35,325 nt of DNA from Patescibacteria group bacterium (GCA_020724125.1 DYHM01000001.1:1-35325), one strand, 5' to 3'; positions 25,346 to 35,325 are shown, numbered from the stretch's first letter. The notes: a model not told the origin generated them from the sequence alone. A program made the numbers and translations.

Positions 25346-26161
25346 ATGTCTTATTGGGTCGAAAATCTCTTAAAAGAAGAAAAAAAATTATGGCGAAAGG
25401 GATATAAATATGTGGTTGGCCTGGATGAGGCGGGCCGCGGTCCGCTCGCCGGCCCGGTGGTGGCGGCAGCCGTAATAATAAATCCAAGGCCTGAAACCAA
25501 AAATAAAATAAATTCAAAATTCAAAATTAAGAATTTAAAATTAAAAACAGGCCAAATTCAAAATTTAAAATTTTATTCAGATAAATCTCCTAAAACAAAA
25601 ACCCAATTAAAAGCAGAATTATTTACTTGGGTGAAAAAATCAGAAATTAGAGATTCTAAAAAATTAGCGCCGAAAAAACGAGAAGAACTTTACCAAATTT
25701 TAATCCATCATCCTCAAATAAAATGGGGGATAGGCAGGGTGTCGGAAAAAACAATAGATAAAATCAATATCTTAGAGGCAACGAAATTGGCAATGATTAA
25801 GGCGATAAAAAATTTGGGAATAAAACCAGATTTTTTAATCCTTGATGGAAATTTTGAATTAAAGCTAAAAATCAAAAATTCAAAATTCAAAAACATAATT
25901 CAGAAATTAAAACATTCTCGGTTTAATAAAACAAAAAGTATTATTAAGGCTGACGAAAAAGTTCTTTCTTGTCTTTTGGCAAGCATTATTGCTAAAGTAA
26001 CTCGCGATAAAATAATGGAAAAACATAATACAAAATTTCCTCAATATGGATTTAACAGACACAAGGGCTATCCTACTAAATTTCATTTAGAAATGTTAAA
26101 AAAATATGGGATTTGTAAAATTCATCGAAAAACATTCAACCCTGCTAAACATTTTGTTTAA
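25346..26161 (+). CDS. rnhB: Ribonuclease HII with two low-complexity insertions
   Basis: GLDEAGRGPLAGPVVAAAV, DSKKL, ILDGN and ASIIAKVTRD..HKGYPT motifs. ATG 25346 is preferred over the track TTG 25328. Insertions lie at about 25481-25645 and about 25851-25945. Confidence 0.9.
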   Translation: MSYWVENLLKEEKKLWRKGYKYVVGLDEAGRGPLAGPVVAAAVIINPRPETKNKINSKFKIKNLKLKTGQIQNLKFYSDKSPKTKTQLKAELFTWVKKSEIRDSKKLAPKKREELYQILIHHPQIKWGIGRVSEKTIDKINILEATKLAMIKAIKNLGIKPDFLILDGNFELKLKIKNSKFKNIIQKLKHSRFNKTKSIIKADEKVLSCLLASIIAKVTRDKIMEKHNTKFPQYGFNRHKGYPTKFHLEMLKKYGICKIHRKTFNPAKHFV

Positions 26162-26428
26162 AAAATTCTCCAATTTTCAATGACCAATTTTCAATGAATT
26201 CCGAGGGAAAAATTCTAAATCCAAAATCTTAAATCCTAAACAAATCCGAAATCCCAAATCCCAATGACCAAAACTCGTCTGTTTTGAACTTTGAATTTGC
26301 TCGCCCGGTCAAATTTTCAAAGAAAATTTGGCCGGGCGAAGCTGGTAAACATTTAGAGTTTTGAATTTAGGATTTTATTGTGGAGTTTGATTGTAAATTG
26401 AAAATTGATAATTGAAAATTAATTTTTT
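26162..26428. repeat. Intergenic repeat block: period-8 A/T-rich arrays around a GC-rich hairpin
   Basis: ccaattttcaatga x2, then aaatcc/aaatccc runs, the hairpin at 26299-26342, then gttttgaatttaggatttt and aattgaaaattgataattgaaaatt. Confidence 0.8.
26299..26342. repeat. GC-rich palindromic module (17-bp stem, 5-nt loop), reference copy of a dispersed family
   Basis: tcgcccggtcaaatttt-caaag-aaaatttggccgggcga, with one G-U position. No U-tract follows on either strand. Confidence 0.8.
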
Positions 26429-27115
<687 letters not shown>

Positions 27116-27138
27116 TTATTGGACAATTTAATTGCTCA

Positions 27139-27867
27139 ATGGACGAAAAACAACTTCTTAAAAAAATAACTCTTCTTAAAAAAATAAAACCATCTCAGGA
27201 CTGGGTTTTTTTGACTAAACGAAAAATTTTAAAAGATGACTACTCTGGCATGAGAGAGAAATTATCTTTTTGGCAAGTTTTTTTTACTCCAATCAAAAGA
27301 CCTGTTTTGGTTTTCGCTTTTCGGGGCATAATTGTCTTAACTTTAGTTTTGACAAGCGGTGTTTTTTACTTATATTATTTAAATACCCAAATTGTTTCTA
27401 ATCATCAGTTTGTCGCTCAAACCAACAAATATAGACATTATGATAGTAATGAAGAGAAAAAAATCGTGGCAATGTTAGAAGAAATGCAGCAGGGTTTAGA
27501 AAAAATAAAACTATCTTTGGATAAAATAAAAAATTTAAAAAATCAGGGTCAAGCTTTGGTTATGAGCGAGGTAATTAAAATTACAGCCGATGTCGGCGAA
27601 AAAAGAATCAAGGAAATAAAAGGAAAAAACTCTCCCTCGGCGCAAGTATTAGCCAGTTTAACAGCAATAGAGAATGATTATAAAGAATTAAAAGAAGCAA
27701 GCGATGAACTCCAAAAAGAAAAATTGGTTGTTGCTTTTGAGGGCTTGAAAGAAATGACCTTAACCGAAGAGCAAAAAAGCCGTTTACAAAAAGCCGAAGA
27801 GTATTATAATGAAGGAAAACACAACGAAGCAATGGTTTTACTTGTTAAAATAATGGAAAAAAAATAG
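27139..27867 (+). CDS. Membrane-anchored anti-sigma-like protein (single TM, coiled-coil ectodomain)
   Basis: 242 aa immediately after the ECF sigma gene, with a TM helix (VLVFAFRGIIVLTLVLTSGVFYLYYL) and a helical K/E-rich C-terminal part. The role is inferred from position only. Confidence 0.45.
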   Translation: MDEKQLLKKITLLKKIKPSQDWVFLTKRKILKDDYSGMREKLSFWQVFFTPIKRPVLVFAFRGIIVLTLVLTSGVFYLYYLNTQIVSNHQFVAQTNKYRHYDSNEEKKIVAMLEEMQQGLEKIKLSLDKIKNLKNQGQALVMSEVIKITADVGEKRIKEIKGKNSPSAQVLASLTAIENDYKELKEASDELQKEKLVVAFEGLKEMTLTEEQKSRLQKAEEYYNEGKHNEAMVLLVKIMEKK

Positions 27868-27934
27868 TCATTTAGTCATTGTTTTACTCCAAAAAAAAGG
27901 AGTTTTTCTTCTTTTAGAAGATAAAACAAAGGTC

Positions 27935-27960
27935 GAACAATGACAACCCTTTTTGTCTGA
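27935..27960 (+). promoter_or_regulatory. Candidate ECF-type promoter upstream of the surface-protein gene
   Basis: GAAC (27935-27938), a 17-nt spacer, then TCTGA (27956-27960). This resembles the RpoE-group GAACTT-N16-TCTGA architecture. Confidence 0.3.
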
Positions 27961-28028
27961 AAAGATAAAAAGTAAAGGTCGTAAAAACAATTTTTAAAAA
28001 TAAAAAAATAAAATTTTAAATTAAAAAA

Positions 28029-31000
28029 ATGAGTATTCCAAAGAAATTTATTTCAGTTATTGTTTCTTTAGCTTTAGTGGCTGCTGTTTTACCGATTAGC
28101 AATACCCAGGCTATTACTGCTGACGAATTAAAGGCTCAAATTGAAGCATTGGCAAAACAATTAGCCGAATTACAACAACAATTGGTTCAGATAGAAAGCC
28201 CTGCTGCAACAGTTAGCGGTTGCGCCATTACTTCTTTTGACCGCAATTTAAAACAAGGAATGACAGGCGACGATGTCAAATGTCTTCAAGTTGTTTTAAA
28301 TAGCGCAGCAGATACCCAAGTGGTAAGCGAAGGCGCTGGTTCTCCTAACAGTGAGACCACTTATTTTGGTTCAAAAACCAGAATTGCAGTGGCTAAATTC
28401 CAAGAGAAGTATAGCGCTGATATTTTAGCGCCGCTTGGTTTAACAACCGGAACTGGCTATGTTGGGCTATCAACCAGAACTAAATTAAGTAGTTTATTGC
28501 CGGGAATTCCCGCTAAACCAGGAACTTCCACTGAACCGGTAATTCCCCCTAAACCAGCGGGAGCAGGTTTAACTGTAAGTTTAGCCGAAGGCGCTCCGGT
28601 TAGCGGCACTATAGTAGCGGGTCAGGCAACAGCTGATTTAGTCCGTTTTCTTTTTACCAATGGTGATGCGTCAGAAGTTAAAGTAACTAAATTGGTCTTA
28701 AAAAGAATTGGCGTTTCCGGGGATGACACTTTAGAAAATGTCTATCTTTTCGACGGCAGCGTAAGAATAACCGATGCCGCGAGCGTTTCCCAGAACACAG
28801 TTACTTTTGCCAATACCGCTGGTTTATTCTCTATTTCAGCTAAAGGAACGAAAAATATTAATGTTAAAGCAGACATTAAAACGGGCACTAGCGGCCAAAC
28901 AATAGGTATTCAGGTAGCTGGAGCCGCTGATGTTGTTTCTAACGCTAGCGCAATCGGGGGCAACTATCCGATTTCCGGCAATTTAATGACAATAGCCACA
29001 GCTACTTTAGCCGGGGCTGATTTCACTGGAGCAACTCTGCCAACCACCGCTAATATCGACCCAGCGGTTGATGTCTTGGCATGGCAGAGAACTTTAAATG
29101 TTTCCAATAGAGACATTTATTTGAATCGGATTGCTTTTAGGGAAATTGGTTCGGTTAATTACAGCGACTTGAAGAATTTCCGTCTTTATGTTGACGGAAC
29201 TCAAGTAGGAGCGACTGTTGAAACATTAGACAGTAATGGCTATGTTACCTTTACTCCAGCCGGCTCTTATAAATTAGCCACTGGCAGTCGGGTAATTAAG
29301 GTCTTGGCTGATGTTGTCGGCGGTTCTTCTAGAAATTTTAGTTTTTCATTAAGAAATGTCGCTGATATTGATTTGGTTGATTCAAGTTACAATGTTAATG
29401 TCCGACCATCAGTCGCAGGAGCTGCTTTTGTTTCTATTACGAGTGGCACCCAAGGGATTAATGCCGGCGCCATTACTGTTCAAAAAGCAAGCGATTCTCC
29501 TTCTGGCAATGTTATTAACAATGGCTCAGATGTGGTCTTGGCTAAATATACCTTAACTGCTTATGGCGAACCAGTTAAAATTGAAACCTTGAAGGCTGGA
29601 TTTACTTATACTGATAATAGTGGGGGTGAAAATGCCGCTGCGACATTGCGCAATGGAAAATTAATGGCTAATAGCGCTCAAGTGGGCAGCACTGCTACTT
29701 TAGTGTCAGCTGGCACAACTTTCACCACTAATTTAACTGTGACCCCAGGCGCCCCGGTTACCTTAGAAATACGAGCTGATATCTATGATAATGATGGAAC
29801 CGGCGCTATTGATAACACTGACACCATTAAGGCAAATTTAATTGCTGGCACAAGCAACGCGCAAGGAACCAATTCTTTAAATTTAATTAATGTTCCTTCA
29901 GCAAATAATGAAGCTAACACCCTAACAGTGGCTACTGGCGCAATCACTTTGGCAAAAACTTCTTCTTATGTTAACCAGAGCTTAACAGTGCCCCAGACCG
30001 CTTACAAACTCGGTTCCTTTATTCTAACCGGCAATACAACCGAAGATGTTAATATCAACACTCTTCAGGTTAACTTTACCGGCGCTGACGCATGGACTGT
30101 AACTGGTTTAAGCGATGTCTATCTAAAATATGGCGCTAATACCACTACTATTAAATCAACAGTGGGAGCAACTGGTAATACTTGGTCGGTTAATTATACC
30201 ATAGCCAAAAATACTAATGTCACGATTGAGGTTTATGCCAATATTGCCAGCACTGTCTATAATGGAGGTGCTGCTGACACAATGATTACCTCGCTCTTGG
30301 TTGTTGGCACAACCGCTTCTTCCGGTCAAACAGTAAACACTAATAACGGCTTGGTTTTAGCTGGTCAAACAATGACTGCTACTGTTGGCGCTATCGCTTC
30401 AGCGTTAGACGCTTCAACCCCAACAGCCAAAATAGTGGCTGGTAATACCACCCAAGATGCGGCTGTCTTTAAATTCACAACAACCAATGATAGTTATACT
30501 TTGACCCAGATAGTTGTTAAGGTTGTTGACGCAACCGCTGCTTCAACCATTCAAAATGTAATTTTGAAGGACGGAGCGACAACCATAGGAACAGCGCCTA
30601 TCAGTGGAACTTCAGCCACTTTTAGTGGTTTAACAGTTCCAGTAGCAGCTAATACCTCTAAGGCCTTAACCATTGCTTTGCAATTAGGAAGCATTGGCGT
30701 TGGCGCTGGCGCAAGCGGCGCTAATATTCAGGTAACCTTAGATTCTTTCAAGGCAAATAATTCCCAAGGAGTTGAGACTGTTGATCTTACTGATCGAGCG
30801 GCTAATGTAACCTATGCCTACAAGGCAATCCCAACCATCAGCAATGTTGGTCTACCTTCAACTGCCTTATTAACCGGCACAGTTACCTTATCTAAATTTA
30901 CCATTGTTAACACTGGCAATACTATTGGTTGGAAGAAACTTATTTTTACTGTTAACAAAACCGGCGGCGCTGCTGGCGACCCGGCAATTTCCAACGCCAA

Positions 31001-31367
31001 GATTTATGATTATGACACCAACACTGAAATTTCTGGCGCTGTTACAATTACGACTTTAGGCGAGCTTAATACCGCTGGCGCAATTGCTTTTGTAGCTACT
31101 GCTGAACAACAAGTTAGCGGAACCAAGACATTTGTTTTGAAGGCTGATGTAGCTGGCTCATTAGTTACTGGCGACAATGTTAATACCAACATTACTCAAC
31201 CATCAGGCTATGTTGCTCCAGATACTTATGCCAATGTGGCCCTTACTGCAGCTTCCCTTGCCTGGACTGACCAATCAGCCGCAAGCCATTCAGAAACAAC
31301 TACTGACTGGAACAATGGTTATCTGGTCAAGAACTTACCAACTGATTCCCAGACCCTAACCAAATAA
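28029..31367 (+). CDS. Secreted peptidoglycan-binding beta-repeat surface protein (S-layer-like candidate), 1112 aa
   Basis: Signal peptide (..LPISNTQA/IT), coiled-coil (ELKAQIEALAKQLAELQQQL), and a PG_binding_1-like domain (LKQGMTGDDVKCLQVVLN..FGSKTRIAVAKFQEKY). A Pro-rich linker follows, then about six divergent ~150-aa A/T/V/G/S/N-rich modules with no Cys. Confidence 0.7.
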   Translation: MSIPKKFISVIVSLALVAAVLPISNTQAITADELKAQIEALAKQLAELQQQLVQIESPAATVSGCAITSFDRNLKQGMTGDDVKCLQVVLNSAADTQVVSEGAGSPNSETTYFGSKTRIAVAKFQEKYSADILAPLGLTTGTGYVGLSTRTKLSSLLPGIPAKPGTSTEPVIPPKPAGAGLTVSLAEGAPVSGTIVAGQATADLVRFLFTNGDASEVKVTKLVLKRIGVSGDDTLENVYLFDGSVRITDAASVSQNTVTFANTAGLFSISAKGTKNINVKADIKTGTSGQTIGIQVAGAADVVSNASAIGGNYPISGNLMTIATATLAGADFTGATLPTTANIDPAVDVLAWQRTLNVSNRDIYLNRIAFREIGSVNYSDLKNFRLYVDGTQVGATVETLDSNGYVTFTPAGSYKLATGSRVIKVLADVVGGSSRNFSFSLRNVADIDLVDSSYNVNVRPSVAGAAFVSITSGTQGINAGAITVQKASDSPSGNVINNGSDVVLAKYTLTAYGEPVKIETLKAGFTYTDNSGGENAAATLRNGKLMANSAQVGSTATLVSAGTTFTTNLTVTPGAPVTLEIRADIYDNDGTGAIDNTDTIKANLIAGTSNAQGTNSLNLINVPSANNEANTLTVATGAITLAKTSSYVNQSLTVPQTAYKLGSFILTGNTTEDVNINTLQVNFTGADAWTVTGLSDVYLKYGANTTTIKSTVGATGNTWSVNYTIAKNTNVTIEVYANIASTVYNGGAADTMITSLLVVGTTASSGQTVNTNNGLVLAGQTMTATVGAIASALDASTPTAKIVAGNTTQDAAVFKFTTTNDSYTLTQIVVKVVDATAASTIQNVILKDGATTIGTAPISGTSATFSGLTVPVAANTSKALTIALQLGSIGVGAGASGANIQVTLDSFKANNSQGVETVDLTDRAANVTYAYKAIPTISNVGLPSTALLTGTVTLSKFTIVNTGNTIGWKKLIFTVNKTGGAAGDPAISNAKIYDYDTNTEISGAVTITTLGELNTAGAIAFVATAEQQVSGTKTFVLKADVAGSLVTGDNVNTNITQPSGYVAPDTYANVALTAASLAWTDQSAASHSETTTDWNNGYLVKNLPTDSQTLTK

Positions 31368-31409
31368 TTTTGAATCTCTGTTTTAAGTTTCCCGATAGCT
31401 CAAATCGGA

Positions 31410-31450
31410 AAACCAAAAACCGGCTTAAGCCGGTTTTTGGTTTATTTGTT
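31410..31450 (+). terminator. Rho-independent terminator
   Basis: aaaccaaaaaccggc-ttaa-gccggtttttggttt followed by atttgtt. Confidence 0.8.
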
Positions 31451-31537
31451 AAAAAAAGAATTTTAAACTTGAAAAAGAACTAAAAAGGTTTAAAATGAAA
31501 ACGTGCTTGCAAATAAGCAAATTCAATTTGAAATTTT

Positions 31538-32800
31538 ATGTTTTTTGGAGAAATTTTAATTTATCTTATTATTTTTTCAGGCCTTTATTTTTCCATTTTT
31601 ATTTTTTGGGTTTTTCTTGAGAACCAGGGAAGAATTTATCAAAAAGAAAAAAACAAAAAATTCCCATTGGTTTCTTTAATTGTTCCCTGTTATAACGAAG
31701 AAAAGGGCGTTGAAAAAACCCTTTATTCTTTAATAAGTTTGGATTATCCCAAGGATAAACTCGAAATTATTTTTGTCGACGACGGCAGTTTGGACAGCAC
31801 TCTTCAAAAAGCCAAGCTTATTCAAAAAAAAGATAAAAGAATTAAAGTTTTTCATCAGGAAAATAAAGGTAAATTTATGGCTCTTAATTTAGGATTAGAA
31901 AAAACAAAAGGAGAGTTTATTGCCACGGTTGACGGCGATTCTTATCTTCATTCTTCTGCCTTAAAAAGGGCAATGAAATTTTTTGAAAACCCGGAAATAA
32001 AAGCTGTTTCTGGCACAGCCAAGCTTATTAAACCAAGAAATCTTATTGAGGGGATTCAGCGCGTAGAATATCTAATAGCTAATTTTTGGCGAAAAATTTT
32101 TTCTTTTTTAAATAGCCTTTATCTTACTTCTGGCGCCTTTTCTGTTTATCGACGAGAAATTTTTGAAACATTAGGTCCTTTTCGGGACCCAAAGCTTTTT
32201 CAGACCGAAGATTTAGAGATGGCTTTTAGGCTGCAAAAAGAAAATTTAAAAATCGTTCAAGCCATGGACGCTTTTGTTTATACCCGTCCTCCTTTTGGTT
32301 TTATGTCCCTTTTAAAACAAAGAACCAGGTGGTATGCCGGTTTTCTTCAAAACTTTAAAGAGTATTCTTGCCTTTTAAGCATTAAAAAATACGGCAACTT
32401 GGCTTTTTTTCTTTGGTATATTATTTTTAGCGTTCTCTTTTCAATAATTTTAGTCGGTTATTTTATTCAAAGAGGGTTCGAATTTTTTTTACAACTTTTA
32501 AACCAGTTTATTTTAACTGACTTTGATTTTTCTTATTTTTTTAGCTTGCCTAAAAATTGGGAATTTTTAAATTTAAACATAACACCTCTTTTTGTTTTAA
32601 CCATCCTTTGTCTTTTTGTTTTCTTTTTCAATTTTTTCCTAAGTCGAAAACTAAGTTTTGACAGTCAACCCTATAAAAAGGGAATTTTCTTTTTTATCTT
32701 TTTATATCCTTATTTTAACGCCCTTTGGTGGATTTCAGCTTTTTGGTCATTTCTTTCTAAAAATAAAAAAGAGTTTTTATGGTTGAAAAAAGAGAACTAA
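31538..32800 (+). CDS. Processive family-2 glycosyltransferase (PgaC/IcaA / cellulose-synthase-like)
   Basis: 420 aa with an N-terminal TM helix, SLIVPCYNEE, FVDDGS, VDGDS, TEDLE and the QRTRW (QxxRW) motif, followed by several C-terminal TM helices. Confidence 0.8.
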   Translation: MFFGEILIYLIIFSGLYFSIFIFWVFLENQGRIYQKEKNKKFPLVSLIVPCYNEEKGVEKTLYSLISLDYPKDKLEIIFVDDGSLDSTLQKAKLIQKKDKRIKVFHQENKGKFMALNLGLEKTKGEFIATVDGDSYLHSSALKRAMKFFENPEIKAVSGTAKLIKPRNLIEGIQRVEYLIANFWRKIFSFLNSLYLTSGAFSVYRREIFETLGPFRDPKLFQTEDLEMAFRLQKENLKIVQAMDAFVYTRPPFGFMSLLKQRTRWYAGFLQNFKEYSCLLSIKKYGNLAFFLWYIIFSVLFSIILVGYFIQRGFEFFLQLLNQFILTDFDFSYFFSLPKNWEFLNLNITPLFVLTILCLFVFFFNFFLSRKLSFDSQPYKKGIFFFIFLYPYFNALWWISAFWSFLSKNKKEFLWLKKEN

Positions 32801-33474
32801 ACTGGAAAAAACATTTTTTGGTATTTTTTATTACCATTTTGATTTTTTTAAGCGGGTTTTTTTTCAGTAATTTTTTTCTGGGGAAAAAAATTGTCCAAGC
32901 AACAAATCTTCAGCAGGATTTGATTTTAGATATTCTTTCTTTGGAAACCCAATTTTCTCTTTTAACTGAAATGCCTTGCAAGGGCTGGGATGAATCTATT
33001 TTAACCGAACAACTTCAAGTGATTGGGCAGAAACTTTCCGAAATAGGAGGCAGATTGGGCGAAAACAACCCTGATTTTATAAGATTCAAAAAATATTATT
33101 CAATTTTGGAAATAAAGTCCTGGCTCCTTTTAAAAAAATCCATCCAGAATTGCAAGTTAAATCTCGTTCCTATTTTTTATTTTTATGGTTCAGAAAAGGA
33201 ATGCGGTCAATGTCAGGACCAATCTTTTCTCTTGGGTTATTTTCATGAGAAATATCCATCTTTAAGGATTTATTCCTTTGACTATAATTTAGGACTGGGT
33301 GTTCTTCAAACCCTAAAATCAATGTATTCATTAAAAAAAGACCTGCCAATTATTATTGTTAATGGCAAGGTTTATTATGGCTTTCAAAACAAAGAAGCCA
33401 TTGAGAAAATCTTAAAAGAGTATCTTTTGGAAAACCAGATTGAGTCAGCCACCTCAACCCTGTTTCAGGAATAG
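32779..33474 (+). CDS. Membrane-anchored CxxC (thioredoxin-fold-like) protein
   Basis: 231 aa overlapping the GT2 gene by 22 nt, with one N-terminal TM helix. It has CGQC within a beta-alpha-beta-like context (VPIFYFYGSEKECGQCQD..LPIIIVNGKVY). Confidence 0.45.
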   Translation: MVEKRELNWKKHFLVFFITILIFLSGFFFSNFFLGKKIVQATNLQQDLILDILSLETQFSLLTEMPCKGWDESILTEQLQVIGQKLSEIGGRLGENNPDFIRFKKYYSILEIKSWLLLKKSIQNCKLNLVPIFYFYGSEKECGQCQDQSFLLGYFHEKYPSLRIYSFDYNLGLGVLQTLKSMYSLKKDLPIIIVNGKVYYGFQNKEAIEKILKEYLLENQIESATSTLFQE

Positions 33475-33496
33475 CAAGAATAGGCAAAATAGAAAA

Positions 33497-33631
33497 TTAA
33501 TGAAAATTAAAATCAATCTGATAATTATTTTCAACGGGGAATTTAAGGATTTTGATAATTTTCGGCTGGTTTAAAGATTTAAATCCCGCCACTCGGATAT
33601 TTGTTCCTCCAACATCAATAATAATATTCAT
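33497..33631 (-). pseudogene. ROK/glucokinase-like N-terminal fragment (44 codons)
   Basis: MNIIIDVGGTNIRVAGF.. matches the ROK/sugar-kinase phosphate-1 motif (DxGGTxxR). The reading frame stops after 44 aa. Confidence 0.4.
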
Positions 33632-33651
33632 AAATTTTTTTTTGGAGTTTA

Positions 33652-34944
33652 TTATTCTAATTTGATATTTAAAATTCGAGGCAGGTCTTTAATTTTTATC
33701 CTTTCCTGCTTCATTGTGTCGCGGTCGCGGACAGTAACCGTGTCATTTTTCAAGGTCTCAAAATCAATGGTAATGCAATATGGGGTGCCGATTTCGTCTT
33801 GGCTATAATATCGTTTGCCGATATTTCCCCGTTCATCCCATACTAAGGGAGAAAAATTAAGGATTTTTAAATTTTCGTAAACACCACGGGCTTTTTGAAT
33901 TAATTGGGGCTTATTGGCTAAAAGAGGAAAAACCGCTGCTTTGATTGGAGCTAATTGCGGCTTGAGTTTTAAAACAATCCTCTCTTTTTCTTCAGAATAT
34001 GCCTCTGATAAAATTGCCAAAAATGTCCGGTCTACTCCAAAAGTTGGCTCAATAACATGGGGAATATATCTTTTATCATTTTGGTCATCAAAATATTCCA
34101 GTTTCTCTCCTGAAAATTCTTGATGTTTTTTTAAATCATAATCTGTTCGGTAAGCGATTGCCCATAATTCTTCCCGACCAAAAGGAAATTGATATTCTAT
34201 ATCAATGGTTCTTTGGGAATAAAAAGCTCTTTCTTTTTCTGGAATTTCATGGTTAAAAAGTTTTTTCTTGTCTAATCCTATTAATTCAGCAAATCCGTTT
34301 ATATAATTTAACCACTCTTCAAAAATTTGATTCCAATTTGATTCCGGGGCAATAAAGTACTCAATTTCCATTTGTTCAAATTCATAAGTTCGAAAAATAA
34401 AATTGCCGGTGGTAACTTCGTTGCGGAAGGCCTTGCCAATTTGTCCAACGCCAAAGGGAATTTTTTTGTTAGTAGAACTTAAAATGTTCTTGAAATTAAT
34501 AAAAATCGCCTGGGCTGTTTCGGGCCGCAGGTAAACAACCACGCCCTCTTTTTCCACTGGACCAATTATTGTTTTAAACATTCCTAAAAACATTTTTGAT
34601 TCGGTAAATTCACCGTTGCAATCAGGACACTTTGAAGTATTAGTCAATTTATCCGGCCGAAATCTTTTATGGCAGGATTTACATTCAATCAGGGAATCCT
34701 TAAAGTTTTTTAGATGGCCGCTCGCTTCCCAGACCTTTGAATTTAAAAGTATACAGCCATCCAATCCTATCATATCTTCTTTTTGATGAATAAAATATTC
34801 CCACCAAAGTTTTTTGATGTTATTTTTTAATTCAACGCCCAAGGGACCATAATCATAGGTATTAGCCAAACCGCCATAAATTTCTGAACCATGATAAACA
34901 AACCCCCGTCTTTTACATAATGAAACAATTTTTTCTAACGTCAT
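33652..34944 (-). CDS. glyQS: Glycine--tRNA ligase (dimeric GlyQS type)
   Basis: MTLEKIVSLCKRRGFVYHGSEIYGGLANTYDYGPLG.. plus class II motifs (FRNE, GVDR). ATG 34944 is preferred over the track start 34989. Confidence 0.9.
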   Translation of the reverse strand: MTLEKIVSLCKRRGFVYHGSEIYGGLANTYDYGPLGVELKNNIKKLWWEYFIHQKEDMIGLDGCILLNSKVWEASGHLKNFKDSLIECKSCHKRFRPDKLTNTSKCPDCNGEFTESKMFLGMFKTIIGPVEKEGVVVYLRPETAQAIFINFKNILSSTNKKIPFGVGQIGKAFRNEVTTGNFIFRTYEFEQMEIEYFIAPESNWNQIFEEWLNYINGFAELIGLDKKKLFNHEIPEKERAFYSQRTIDIEYQFPFGREELWAIAYRTDYDLKKHQEFSGEKLEYFDDQNDKRYIPHVIEPTFGVDRTFLAILSEAYSEEKERIVLKLKPQLAPIKAAVFPLLANKPQLIQKARGVYENLKILNFSPLVWDERGNIGKRYYSQDEIGTPYCITIDFETLKNDTVTVRDRDTMKQERIKIKDLPRILNIKLE

Positions 34945-35149
34945 AAACGTTTGTGTTTTAAAAAGTTTATTTGATTGAAAAATTATCATTCAAATCAATC
35001 GAAAGTCTAAAACCTTTTAAACGAAATTTTTTCTTTTTTTGAATATTTTTAAAAAGATGCATCTCTGAAATTAAATCATAATCTTTAAATCATGATTTTC
35101 TATAAAAATTTATTGCTAAATCATTTTGAACAGATACCCCAACGGAAAT

Positions 35150-35209
35150 ATAATTAATTAAAGCGTCGGGGATTTTCCTTTTATAAAACAAGGATAAATC
35201 TGTTATCAC
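35150..35209. repeat. Inverted copy of window positions 1-61 (IS-end remnant)
   Basis: By hand alignment, the reverse complement of 1-61 matches 35150-35209 at about 52 of 61 positions, including ttataaaacaaggataaatctg exactly. Confidence 0.75.
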
Positions 35210-35325
35210 AGAGGGCGAAAAGTCGAAGGTATTAGTATTTTAATATTAAAATTTCCATAAAGCAACCAATAAAGTTAAATCCCCAATGGATTAGAAATAC
35301 TCGTGATTACTTTAAAAAGTTCCTT

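Overview
AT-rich, gene-dense bacterial chromosome segment. Its content and style fit a reduced-genome, CPR/Patescibacteria-like organism; that lineage call is inference. The standard genetic code applies. The window spans the replication-origin neighbourhood: dnaN and dnaA on the minus strand, a nearly pure A/T dnaA-dnaN spacer, and divergent rpmH-rnpA. Around this sit cell-wall genes (Mur ligase, class A PBP, murG, ftsI-like PBP), rnhA-topA, rnhB, glyQS, two tRNAs, a pilMNO cluster, a CaCA antiporter and an orphan iorA. Three things stand out. (1) An envelope cassette: an ECF sigma factor, a membrane anti-sigma-like protein, a 1112-aa peptidoglycan-binding beta-repeat surface protein that is visibly more GC-rich than its surroundings, a processive GT2 synthase and a membrane CxxC protein. 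(2) A family of GC-rich palindromic modules embedded in period-8 A/T-rich microsatellite arrays. These occur between genes and also in frame inside essential genes (topA, rnhB, iorA, and the Mur ligase tail). (3) Heavy IS decay: remnants of at least four transposase families, an inverted partial IS481-like copy bracketing a 5.9-kb cell-wall segment, and a ~60-nt inverted repeat at the two ends of the window. No CRISPR array, rRNA or recognisable defence system was seen. All calls rest on reading the sequence and remembered family motifs; no searches were run.
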